DNA of 64,000 nucleotides from Antedon mediterranea (Eukaryota; Animalia; Echinodermata). The notes under the pieces are model-generated. The model was not told where the DNA came from. It searched no databases and saw only the letters and a program-made list of their open reading frames with translations. The stretch lies in assembly GCF_964355755.1 (NCBI RefSeq), contig NC_092676.1:5681888-5745887 (forward strand), in the 5' to 3' direction. Shown here one piece after another: positions 52,350 through 64,000 of this stretch. Within the stretch, counting starts at the first letter, position 1, and the number at the start of each line of letters is the position of its first letter. The position numbers were made by a program, and so were the translations under genes.

Positions 52350-55300
52350 CTATGAGAGAGTAAAGTAAACTTGTCAAATGAATTTGAATAGTTATTTTTT
52401 TCGGAGGCCCAAATTGTTACTCTTCGATCCCTAAAATAATGAGTAAAGGTTTAGAATAGTCGAAGATTAATTGTGAAAGTACATTTTTATGATACTTTCG
52501 GATAAATAAGAATAATAAAATACTATCTGTTTATAAGCATAATAACACATCGAATATCATGATTGTAACATAGCCGAATTAACTATTAATTTTAATATAT
52601 CTATTTAAATTGAACATAATTAAAACATTTACCACATTCAAATTATCAAATGTAACTTACTTAACTAAAACACCGACATATTTAACATTCAATAAAATTA
52701 TTTACTGTTCATATAGCAATAAGAATAAAACAGTAGCTGCATAAGTTTGTATGAGAATCTCTCATACTTTTATCATACTTACAATTCTTTTAAATTGTTC
52801 AGTTCTTCAAAAGTTCTATCTCTGTAATTCTGTAAGTTGTTCCCTTGTAACCATCTATAGGATAACATATTAGAAATAAATTAAGAATAGGCTAATACAT
52901 TTTGAAAATAGTAAAGTTTTAAAACTATGGTTTATGTATGCTTTTCTTGAAGAAAATACATGAACTATGTATATTTTAACTGTTATGAATCCTCTTTATC
53001 TTTATCTTTGAATTTGGTCTGTATATTTTTGTATTGTTTTTAAGAGGGCCTCTTCAAGTCAGCTGTACTGCTGTAGTACTGTTAGAGCTACCCTTGTAAA
53101 ACAAATTTGAATGAATAAATAAATATATTAATATTTTATTTATCTGTACATAACACTATTCTAAATTCAAGACCCCTGATGAAAACAAAATACACTTTCT
53201 TTGTTTACTTGTTTGCGAAGTTTTCCATTCAAATTCAGTGGTTGAATACATCCTTTGTGTTCGAAGTTCTTATTATTATTGTATGTTTTTACGTTACGTT
53301 TTGTACTGTAATGCCTATAGCACTGATACATATAACTATTCAAATGCAAAGCTTCCTCACATTTTGACATTGAATCGTACAGCAAAAACTTTATTTTTTA
53401 TTTTATTTGTTTACAGCAATAACTCCTTTACGGCTTCACAAGTGTGTTATAAAATCATGTTAACTTACAAATGTGAAAGTGATGAAGCAAAAGAAGAAAA
53501 TGCACCTGGTTCTATGGTAGTTATAGCGTTTTCCTGTAAATACCTGTTAAGATAACCAATATGTATTATTATATATCTTGTTTTTCACATTACATTAAGT
53601 ACAGTACAGATACAAGTATTATTGTATTACAAATTGCATAATATTCAATACTCTCATATACATTAATTCCTTGTCTATTCTGGGTATTTTTTTTTTAATA
53701 AGGGGACAAAAAGTTCACTTTTTTATTGAATCTCATCAAATAATTGTTTGTTAATTATTGTTTGTTAATCTTAATATTAAATTGATTTTTTTTACAACAA
53801 TTGATAACACAGTGATTAGTAGACTGGTTATAATACAACAAATATAAATTAGACTGGATCATAATAATAGAAAGTAGTTCTGTTTCTGGGATGTACGTTT
53901 ATTATCTACATGTAAATGCTGATGGCCTGGGTATACTTTAATAAGGCTTAAATATATGTTTTATTTTGTTATTCTCATAAACACAATTTTTATAGGAAAT
54001 CATAACAATTTGTTATCATCTTTATGTATTTAATAATATAGTTATTTAATTTACCTAAATAATGACCAATACACAATTATTAATATCTTTAAACAATGAA
54101 TAATTTAATGAAAATTGTTAATACTGTATGTGATTTTTTTTTTAAATACTGTGTTTGTTGATCAAATTATGAATGATAAACTGCATTATATTCATTGTTA
54201 TGAATTATTTCATTTGTTTTCTTTTTAAGTAAATTAAAACAAATAAATTAATTTTAGAAAAATACTTACAGTTTTGTCAGTGCTGTCAATCTTTCAAATA
54301 CATTGGCTGACAATGTACTTATTTGGTTATAACCCAAATGCCTTCAAAGTGAAAACAATGTACAGTAACAATTACAATATTCAAGCTGTTCGATATGTCA
54401 ACTTTTATTTTCAATATACATTTTTTAAATATTTGTATAGTCTTTCAGTCAATGATAGGGACATTATCTACATAGTAAATGCTGATGAGTATACTTTAAT
54501 TAGGCAAACATAAACTATAATGGTTAAATAATGTTAATGCATAATATTCAGTATTATAAATTATTTTATTATTTATTTCAAAAACAAATTTAACGAAGGA
54601 ATTAATATGAGTCAAAATACTTACAGTAATGTCAGTGCTGTCAATCCATCAAATACATTGGCTGGCAATGTACTTATTTGGTTACGGTTCAAATACCTTC
54701 AAAGTAAAAGAAAGATACAGTAACAATTACAATAGTCAAGTTGTTTGAAATGTCAACTTTTATTTTAGATATATATTTTTGAATTATTTGTATAGTCTTT
54801 CAGTTAATGATAGGGACATTATCTACATAGTAAATGCTGATGAGTATTCTTTAATTAGGCAAAAATTAACTGTTAAAATGACAATGTTTTATTCTCATTA
54901 TCACAAATTCTATAGAAAATTCTAAATATTTATTATCATCCTAATGTATTTAACATTTTATGTATTTAATTAAATCTCTAATGATCAATGAACAATTATA
55001 GATAATCTTTAAAAAATGAATAATTTATTAATAATGGTTAAATAATGTTACTGCATAATATTCAGTATTATAAATTATTTTATTATTTATCTAAAAACAA
55101 ATTAAACGAAGGAATTAATATGAGTCACAATACTTACAGTTCTCTTAGTGCTGTCAATCTATCAAATACATTGGCTGGCAATGTACTTATTTGGGTACGG
55201 TTCAAATACCTTCAAAATAAAAGAAAGATACAGTAACAATTACAATATTCAAGCTGTTTGATATGTCAACTTTTATTTTAGATATACATTTTTGAATTAT

Positions 55301-58300
55301 TTGTATAGTCTTTCAGTTAATGATAGGGACATTATCTACATAGTAAATGCTGATGAGTATTCTTTAATTAGGCAAAAATTAACTGTTAAAATGATAATGT
55401 GTTATTCTCATTATCACAAATTCTATAGAAAATTCTAAATATTTATTATCATCCTAATGTATTTAACATTTTATGTATTTAATTAAATCTCTAATGATCA
55501 ATGATCTTTAAAAAATGAATAATTTATTAATAATGGTTAAATAATGTTACTGCATAATATTCAGTATTATAAATTATTTTATTAATTATTTATTTAAAAA
55601 CAAATTAAACGAAGGAATTAATATGAGTCAAAATACTTACAGTTTTCTCAGTGCTGTCAATCTATCAAAAACATTGGCTGGCAATGTACTTATTTTGTTA
55701 GCATTCAAAGTCCTTCAAAGTAAAAACAATGTACAGTAACAATTACAATATTTAAGCTTTTTGATATGTCAACTTTTATTTTCGAAATACATTTTGAATT
55801 ATTTTAATAGTCTTTCAGTCAATAATAGGGACATTATCTACACAGTAAATGCTGATGAGTATTCTTTAATTAGGCAAAAAGTAACTGTTAAAATAATAAT
55901 GTGTTATTCTCATTATCACAAATTCTATAGAAGATTCTAAATATTTATTATCATCTTAATGTATTTATCATTTATATGTATTTAGTTAAATCTCTTTAAA
56001 TAATGACCAATGAAAAATTATTGATAATCTTTAAAAAATGAATAATTTATTAATAATGGTTAAATAATGTTACTGCATAATATTCAGTATTATAAATTAT
56101 TTTATTATTTATTTAAAAACAAATTAAACGAAGGAATTAATATGAGCAAAATACTTACAGGATTGTCAGTACTGTCAATCTATCAAATACATTTGCAGGC
56201 AATGTACTTATTTTGTTCCAGCCCAAACTCCTTCAAAGTAAAAGAAAGATACAGTAACAATTACAATATTCAAGTTGTTTGACATGTCAACTTTTATTTT
56301 TCTTATACATTTTGAATTATTTTTTATTGTCTTTCAGTCAATGATAAGGACATTATCTACATAGTAAATGCTGATGAGTATTCTTTAATTAAGCAAAAAG
56401 TAACTGTTAAAATAATAATGTGTTATTCTCATTATCACAAATTCTATAGCAAATTCTAAATATTTATTATCATCTTAATGTATTTATCATTTTTATGTAT
56501 TTAATTAAATCTCTTTAGATAATGATCAATGAACAATTATTGATAATCTTTAAAAAATGATTAATTTATTAATAATGGTTAAATAATGTCACTGTATAAT
56601 ATTCAGTATTATAAATAATTTTATTATTTATTTAAAAACAAATTAAACGAAGGAATTAATATGAGAAAAATACTTACAGTCCTGTCAGTGCTGTCAATCT
56701 ATCAAATACATTGGCTGGCAATGTTCTTATTCTGTTACCATGCAAATACCTTCAAAGTAAAAACAATGTACAGTATCAATTACAATATTCAAGTTGTTTG
56801 ATATGTCAACTTTTATTTTCGATATACATTTTTGAATTATTTGTATAGTCTTTCAGTCAATGATAGGGACATTATCTACATAGTAAATGCTGATGAGTAT
56901 TCTTTATTTAGGCAAAAATTAACTGTTAAAATAATAATGTGTTATTCTCATTATCACAAATTCTATAGCAAATTCGAAATATTTATTATCATCCTAATGT
57001 ATTTATCATTTAAATGTATTTAATTAAATCTCTTTAAAAAATGACCACTCAAACCCCTTCAAAATAAAAGAAAGGTGCAGTAACAAGTACAATGTTTGAT
57101 ATTCTATTCATACACAATGAACTGTAAAAATTACAATAATATTCAAGCTGTTCGATATGTCAACTTTTTCTTTTTTTATACATTTTTAATTATTTTTATT
57201 GTCTTTCAGTCAATGATAGGGACATTATCTACATAGTAAATGCTGATAAGTATTCTTTAATTAGTCAAAAATTAACTGTTAAAATAATAATGTGTTATTC
57301 TCATTATCACAAATTCTATAGCAAATTCTAAATATGTATTATCATCTTAATGTATTTATCATTTTTATGTATTTAATTAAATCTCTTTAGATAATGATCA
57401 ATGAACAATTATTGATAATCTTTAAAAAAATGATTAATTTATTAATAATGGTTAAATAATGTTACTGTATAATATTCAGTATTATAAATAATTTTATTAT
57501 TTATTTAAAAACAAATTAAACGAAGGAATTAATATGAGAAAAATACTTACAGTAATGTCAGTGCTGTCAATCTATCAAAAACATTGGCTGGCAATGTACT
57601 TATTTGGTTAAAGTCCAAATACCTTCAAAGTAAAAAATAATGTACAGTATCAATTACAATATTCAAGTTGTTTGATATGTCAACTTTTATTTTCGATATA
57701 CATTTTTGAATTATTTGTATAGTCTTTCAGTCAATGATAGGGACATTATCTACATAGTAAATGCTGATGAGTATTCTTTATTTAGGCAAAAATTAACTGT
57801 TAAAATAATAATGTGTTATTCTCATTATCACAAATTCTATAGCAAATTCGAAATATTTATTATCATCCTAATGTATTTATCATTTAAATGTATTTAGTTA
57901 AATCTCTTTAAATAATGACCAATGAACAATTATTGATAATCTTTAAAAAATGAATAATTTATCAATAATGGTTAAATAATGTTACTGCATAATATTCAGT
58001 ATTATAAATTATTTTATTATTTATTTAAAAACAAATTAAACGAAGGAATTAATATGAGTCAAAATACTTACAGATGTGTCAGTGCGGTCAATCTATCAAA
58101 TACATTGGCTGGCAATGTACGTATTTGGTTGCTGAACAAATACCTTCAAAGTAAAAGAAAGATACAGTAACAATTACAATATTCAAGCTGTTTGAAATGT
58201 CAACTTTTATTTTTCTTATACATTTTGAATTATTTTATAGTCTTTCAGTCAATGATAGGGACATTATCTACATAGTAAATGCTGATGAGTATACATTAAT

Positions 58301-61300
58301 TAGGCAAAAATTAACTGTTAAAATAATAATGTGTTATTCTCATTATCACAAATTCTATAGCAAATTCTAAATATTTATTATCATCCTAATGTATTTAACA
58401 TTTTATGTATTTAATTAAATCTCTAATGATCAATGATCTTTAAAAAATGAATAATTTATTAATAATGGTTAAATAATGTTACTGCATAATATTCAGTATT
58501 ATAAATTATTTTATTAATTATTTATTTAAAAACAAATTAAACGAAGGAATTAATATGAGTCAAAATACTTACAGTTTTCTCAGTGCTGTCAATCTATCAA
58601 AAACATTGGCTGGCAATGTACTTATTTTGTTAGCATTCAAAGTCCTTCAAAGTAAAAACAATGTACAGTAACAATTACAATATTTAAGCTTTTTGATATG
58701 TCAACTTTTATTTTCGAAATACATTTTGAATTATTTTAATAGTCTTTCAGTCAATAATAGGGACATTATCTACACAGTAAATGCTGATGAGTATTCTTTA
58801 ATTAGGCAAAAAGTAACTGTTAAAATAATAATGTGTTATTCTCATTATCACAAATTCTATAGAAGATTCTAAATATTTATTATCATCTTAATGTATTTAT
58901 CATTTATATGTATTTAGTTAAATCTCTTTAAATAATGACCAATGAAAAATTATTGATAATCTTTAAAAAATGAATAATTTATTAATAATGGTTAAATAAT
59001 GTTACTGCATAATATTCAGTATTATAAATTATTTTATTATTTATTTAAAAACAAATTAAACGAAGGAATTAATATGAGCAAAATACTTACAGGATTGTCA
59101 GTACTGTCAATCTATCAAATACATTTGCAGGCAATGTACTTATTTTGTTCCAGCCCAAACTCCTTCAAAGTAAAAGAAAGATACAGTAACAATTACAATA
59201 TTCAAGTTGTTTGACATGTCAACTTTTATTTTTCTTATACATTTTGAATTATTTTTTATTGTCTTTCAGTCAATGATAAGGACATTATCTACATAGTAAA
59301 TGCTGATGAGTATTCTTTAATTAAGCAAAAAGTAACTGTTAAAATAATAATGTGTTATTCTCATTATCACAAATTCTATAGCAAATTCTAAATATTTATT
59401 ATCATCTTAATGTATTTATCATTTTTATGTATTTAATTAAATCTCTTTAGATAATGATCAATGAACAATTATTGATAATCTTTAAAAAAATGATTAATTT
59501 ATTAATAATGGTTAAATAATGTCACTGTATAATATTCAGTATTATAAATAATTTTATTATTTATTTAAAAACAAATTAAACGAAGGAATTAATATGAGAA
59601 AAATACTTACAGTAATGTCAGTGCTGTCAATCTATCAAAAACATTGGCTGGCAATGTACTTATTTGGTTAAAGTCCAAATACCTTCAAAGTAAAAAACAA
59701 TGTACAGTATCAATTACAATATTCAAGTTGTTTGATATGTCAACTTTTATTTTCGATATACATTTTTGAATTATTTGTATAGTCTTTCAGTCAATGATAG
59801 GGACATTATCTACATAGTAAATGCTGATGAGTATTCTTTATTTAGGCAAAAATTAACTGTTAAAATAATAATGTGTTATTCTCATTATCACAAATTCTAT
59901 AGCAAATTCGAAATATTTATTATCATCCTAATGTATTTATCATTTAAATGTATTTAGTTAAATCTCTTTAAATAATGACCAATGAACAATTATTGATAAT
60001 CTTTAAAAAATGAATAATTTATCAATAATGGTTAAATAATGTTACTGCATAATATTCAGTAATATAAATTATTTTATTATTTATTTAAAAACAAATTAAA
60101 CGAAGGAATTAATATGAGTCAAAATACTTACAGATGTGTCAGTGCGGTCAATCTATCAAATACATTGGCTGGCAATGTACGTATTTGGTTGCTGAACAAA
60201 TACCTTCAAAGTAAAAGAAAGATACAGTAACAATTACAATATTCAAGCTGTTTGAAATGTCAACTTTTATTTTTCTTATACATTTTGAATTATTTTATAG
60301 TCTTTCAGTCAATGATAGGGACATTATCTACATAGTAAATGCTGATTATCATCTTAATGTATTTACCATTTAATGTATTTAATTAAATCTCTTTAAAAAA
60401 TGACCACTCAAACCCCTTCAAAATAAAAGAAAGGTGCAGTAACAAGTACAATGTTTGATATTCTATTCATACACAATGAACTGTAAAAATTACAATAATA
60501 TTCAAGCTGTTCGATATGTCAACTTTTTTCTTTTTTTATACATTTTTAATTATTTTTATTGTCTTTCAGTCAATGATAGGGACATTATCTACATAGTAAA
60601 TGCTGATAAGTATTCTTTAATTAGTCAAAAATTAACTGTTAAAATAATAATGTGTTATTCTCATTATCACAAATTCTATAGCAAATTCTAAATATTTATT
60701 ATCATCTTAATGTATTTATCATTTTTATGTATTTAGTTAAATCTCTTTAGATAAGGATCAATGAACAGTTATTGATAATCTTTAAAAAAATGATTAATTT
60801 ATTAATAATGGTTAAATAATGTTACTGTATAATATTCAGTATTATAAATAATTTTATTATTTATTTAAAAACAAATTAAACGAAGGAATTAATATGAGAA
60901 AAATACTTACAGTCCTGTCAGTGCTGTCAATCTATCAAATACATTGGCTGGCAATGTACTTATTTTGTTATCACCCAAACTCCTTCAAAGTAAAAACAAT
61001 GTACAGTATCAATTACAATATTCAAGTTGTTTGATATGTCAACTTTTATTTTCGATATACATTTTTGAATTATTTGTATAGTCTTTCAGTCAATGATAGG
61101 GACATTATCTACATAGTAAATGCTGATGAGTATTCTTTATTTAGGCAAAAATTAACTGTTAAAATAATAATGTGTTATTCTCATTATCACAAATTCTATA
61201 GCAAATTCGAATTATTTATTATCATCCTAATGTATGTCAACTTTTTTCTTTTTTTATACATTTTTAATTATTTTTATTGTCTTTCAGTCAATGATAGGGA

Positions 61301-63628
61301 CATTATCTACATAGTAAATGCTGATAAGTATTCTTTAATTAGTCAAAAATTAACTGTTAAAATAATAATGTGTTATTCTCATTATCACAAATTCTATAGC
61401 AAATTCTAAATATTTATTATCATCTTAATGTATTTATCATTTTTATGTATTTAGTTAAATCTCTTTAGATAATGATCAATGAACAATTATTGATAATCTT
61501 TAAAAAAATGATTAATTTATTAATAATGGTTAAATAATGTTACTGTATAATATTCAGTATTATAAATAATTTTATTATTTATTTAAAAACAAATTAAACG
61601 AAGGAATTAATATGAGAAAAATACTTACAGTCCTGTCAGTGCTGTCAATCTATCAAATACATTGGCTGGCAATGTACTTATTTTGTTATCATTCAAACTC
61701 CTTCAAAGTAAAAACAATGTACAGTAACAATTACAATATTTAAGCTTTTTGATATGTCAACTTTTATTTTCGAAATACATTTTGAATTATTTTAATAGTC
61801 TTTCAGTCAATAATAGGGACATTATCTACACAGTAAATGCTGATGAGTATTCTTTAATTAGGCAAAAAGTAACTGTTAAAATAATAATGTGTTATTCTCA
61901 TTATCACAAATTCTATAGAAGATTCTAAATATTTATTATCATCTTAATGTATTTATCATTTATATGTATTTAGTTAAATCTCTTTAAATAATGACCAATG
62001 AAAAATTATTGATAATCTTTAAAAAATGAATAATTTATTAATAATGGTTAAATAATGTTACTGCATAATATTCAGTATTATAAATTATTTTATTATTTAT
62101 TTAAAAACAAATTAAACGAAGGAATTAATATGAGTCAAAATACTTACAGATGTGTCAGTGCTGTCAATCTATCAAATACATTGGCTGGCAATGTGCTTAT
62201 TTGGTTACCGTACAAATACCTTCAAAGTAAACATATATACTTATACATTTTGAATTATTTTAATAGTCTTTCAGTCAATGATAGTGACATTATCTACATA
62301 GTAAATGCTGATGAGTATTCTTTATTTAGGCAAAAAGTAACTGTTAAAATGATAATGTGTTATTCTCATTATCACAAATTCTATAGAAAATTCAAAATAT
62401 TTATTATCATCTTAATGTATTGATCATTTTTATGTATTTAATTAAATCTCTTTAAATAATAATCAATGAACAATTATTGATAATCTTTAAAAAATGAATA
62501 ATTTATTAATAAATACTGGTTAAATAATGTTACTGCATAATATTCAGTATTATAAATTATTTTATTATTTATTTAAAAACAAATTACACGAAGGAATTAA
62601 TATGAGTCAAAATACTTACAGCTGTGTCAGTGCTGTCAATCTATCAAATACATTGGCTGGCAATGTGCTTATTTGGTTACTGTTCAACCTCCTTCAAAGT
62701 AAAAACAATGTACAGTAACAATTACAATATTCAAGCTGTTTGATATGTCAACTTTTATTTTCGGTATACATTTTTTTTTAATTATTTGTATAGTCTTTCA
62801 GTCAATGATAGGGACATTATCTACATAGTAAATGCTGATGAGTATTCTTTAATTAGGCAAAAATTAACTGTTAAAATAATAATGTGTTATTTATTATCAC
62901 AAATTCTATAGTAAATTCTAAATATTTATTATCATCTTTATGTATTTATCATTTTTATGTATTTAATTAAATCTCTATAATGACCAATGAACAATTATCG
63001 ATAATCTTTTAAAAATGAAAAATGTATGAATAATGGCCTCTTCAAGTCAGCTGTATACTGCTCTAGTACTCTTATAGATACCATTGTAAAACAAATTTGA
63101 ATTAATAAATAAATTTATTTTTTATAGCAAATTCTAATTATTATTTGTTTTATTATTATCCTAATGTTTTATTATCATTTATCATTTATTATCTACATAA
63201 TAAATACTGATGGCCTGGGTATACTTTAATTAGGCTAAAATATATGTTTTATTTTGTTATTCTCATGAACATAATTTTTATAGGAAATCATACAAATTTG
63301 TTATCATCTTTATGTATTTAATAATATAATTATTTAATTTACCTAAATAATGACCAATAAACAATTATTAATATCTTTAAACAATGAATAATGTAATGAA
63401 AATTGTTAATACTGTATGTGATTTTTTTTTAAATACTGTGTTTGTTGATCAAATTATGAATGATAAACTGCATTATATTCATTGTTATGAATTATTTCAT
63501 TTGTTTTCTTTTTAAGTAAATTAAAACAAATAAATTAATTTTAGAAAAATACTTACAGTTTTGTCAGTGCTGTCAATCTATCAAATACATTGGCTGGCAA
63601 TGTACTTATTTGGTTACTGTTCAACCTC
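51335..63628 (-). CDS. LRR-containing GPCR (type C LGR, RXFP/GRL101-like), copy 2, 5' end outside the window
   Basis: Terminal exon 52349-51335 (1015 nt, as in copy 1), LRR exons 52854-52783 and 53543-53469, and 17 array exons of 72 nt with low coordinates 54270, 54625, 55138, 55641, 56159, 56678, 57551, 58072, 58573, 59091, 59611, 60132, 60911, 61629, 62148, 62620, 63557. All open with AG/GT flanks. Confidence 0.9.
52783..52854 (-). CDS. LGR copy 2 last LRR exon
   Basis: WLQGNNLQNYRDRTFEELNNLKEL. Confidence 0.9.
53469..53543 (-). CDS. LGR copy 2 penultimate LRR exon
   Basis: YLQENAITTIEPGAFSSFASSLSHL. Confidence 0.9.
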
Positions 63629-64000
63629 CTTCAAAGTAAAAACAATGTACAGTAACAATTACAATATTCAAGGTGTTTGAAATGTCAACTTTTATTTTCA
63701 ATATACATTTTTGAATTATTTCTATAGTCTTTCAGTCAATGATAGGGACATTATCTACATAGTAAATGCTGATGAGTATTCTTTAATTAGGCAAAAATTA
63801 ACTGTTAAAATGATAATGTGTTATTCTCATTATCACAAATTCTATAGAAAATTCTAAATATTTATTATCATCTTAATGTATTTATCATTTTTATGTATTT
63901 AATTAAATCTCTTTAAATAATGATCAATGAACAATTATTGATAATCTTTAAAAAATGAATAATTTATTAATACTGGTTAAATAATGTTACTGCATAATAT
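54270..64000 (-). repeat. Tandem array of ~515-bp exon+intron units, at least 17 LRR exons (copy 2), open at the window end
   Basis: Variants by ascending coordinate (5' end/3' end): HLGY/TK, YLNR/TL, YLNR/RE, TLNA/RK, SLGW/TI, YLHG/TG, YLDF/TL, YLFS/TH, TLNA/RK, SLGW/TI, YLDF/TL, YLFS/TH, SLGD/TG, SLND/TG, YLYG/TH, RLNS/TQ, RLNS/TK. Confidence 0.95.

Noticed and set aside
40445-62718. Recurrent + strand ORFs (MLLHNIQYYKLF..., MNYLYSLSVNDRD...)
   Set aside because: Antisense or intronic by-products of the repeat unit, frequently broken by indels and stops; the conserved frame is on -.
39150-63628. True orthology to agnathan VLR genes
   Set aside because: VLR cassettes are assembled by gene-conversion-like copying into an incomplete germ-line gene with a stalk and no 7TM. 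Here the modules are spliceable exons of a GPCR, and the similarity may reflect the generic 24-aa typical-LRR consensus.
39100-64000. CRISPR-like array or plain satellite (conserved repeats with short variable patches)
   Set aside because: Eukaryotic context, ~515-bp units and no cas genes. The variable patches are codons within splice-site-flanked 72-nt LRR exons.

Overview
AT-rich, intron-containing animal genomic DNA, probably a marine invertebrate (an echinoderm is a guess; the taxon cannot be fixed from this window). The ORF track is mostly noise; the real genes are spliced. (1) A complete 6-coding-exon tetraspanin on + (16988-23309, 264 aa). (2) On -, two tandem paralogues of a leucine-rich-repeat GPCR of the type C LGR / RXFP-GRL101 lineage. 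Copy 1 (36177-44331) is complete: signal peptide, LRRNT, LRRs, Cys hinge, 7TM, with no LDLa seen. Copy 2 runs from 51335 past the window end. The standout feature is an apparent ~515-bp AT-rich satellite (39.1-43.3 kb and 54.2-64 kb) that is actually an array of exon+intron units. Each unit carries one 72-nt, phase 2-2 exon encoding a 24-aa LRR (xLxxNQISTLPANVFDRLTALTxL) resembling lamprey/hagfish VLR modules. I read 8 such exons in copy 1 and at least 17 in copy 2. All are open and scaffold and introns are nearly identical, but the codons for the exposed concave beta-strand residues are hypervariable. This suggests a rapidly diversifying recognition receptor built by exon duplication and shuffling. 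The rest is TE relics (Academ-like fold-back element, Helitron dimer, Kolobok-like, Tc1/mariner-like and other MITEs, SINE, Helentron-like) and minisatellites. All translations and coordinates were read by hand.
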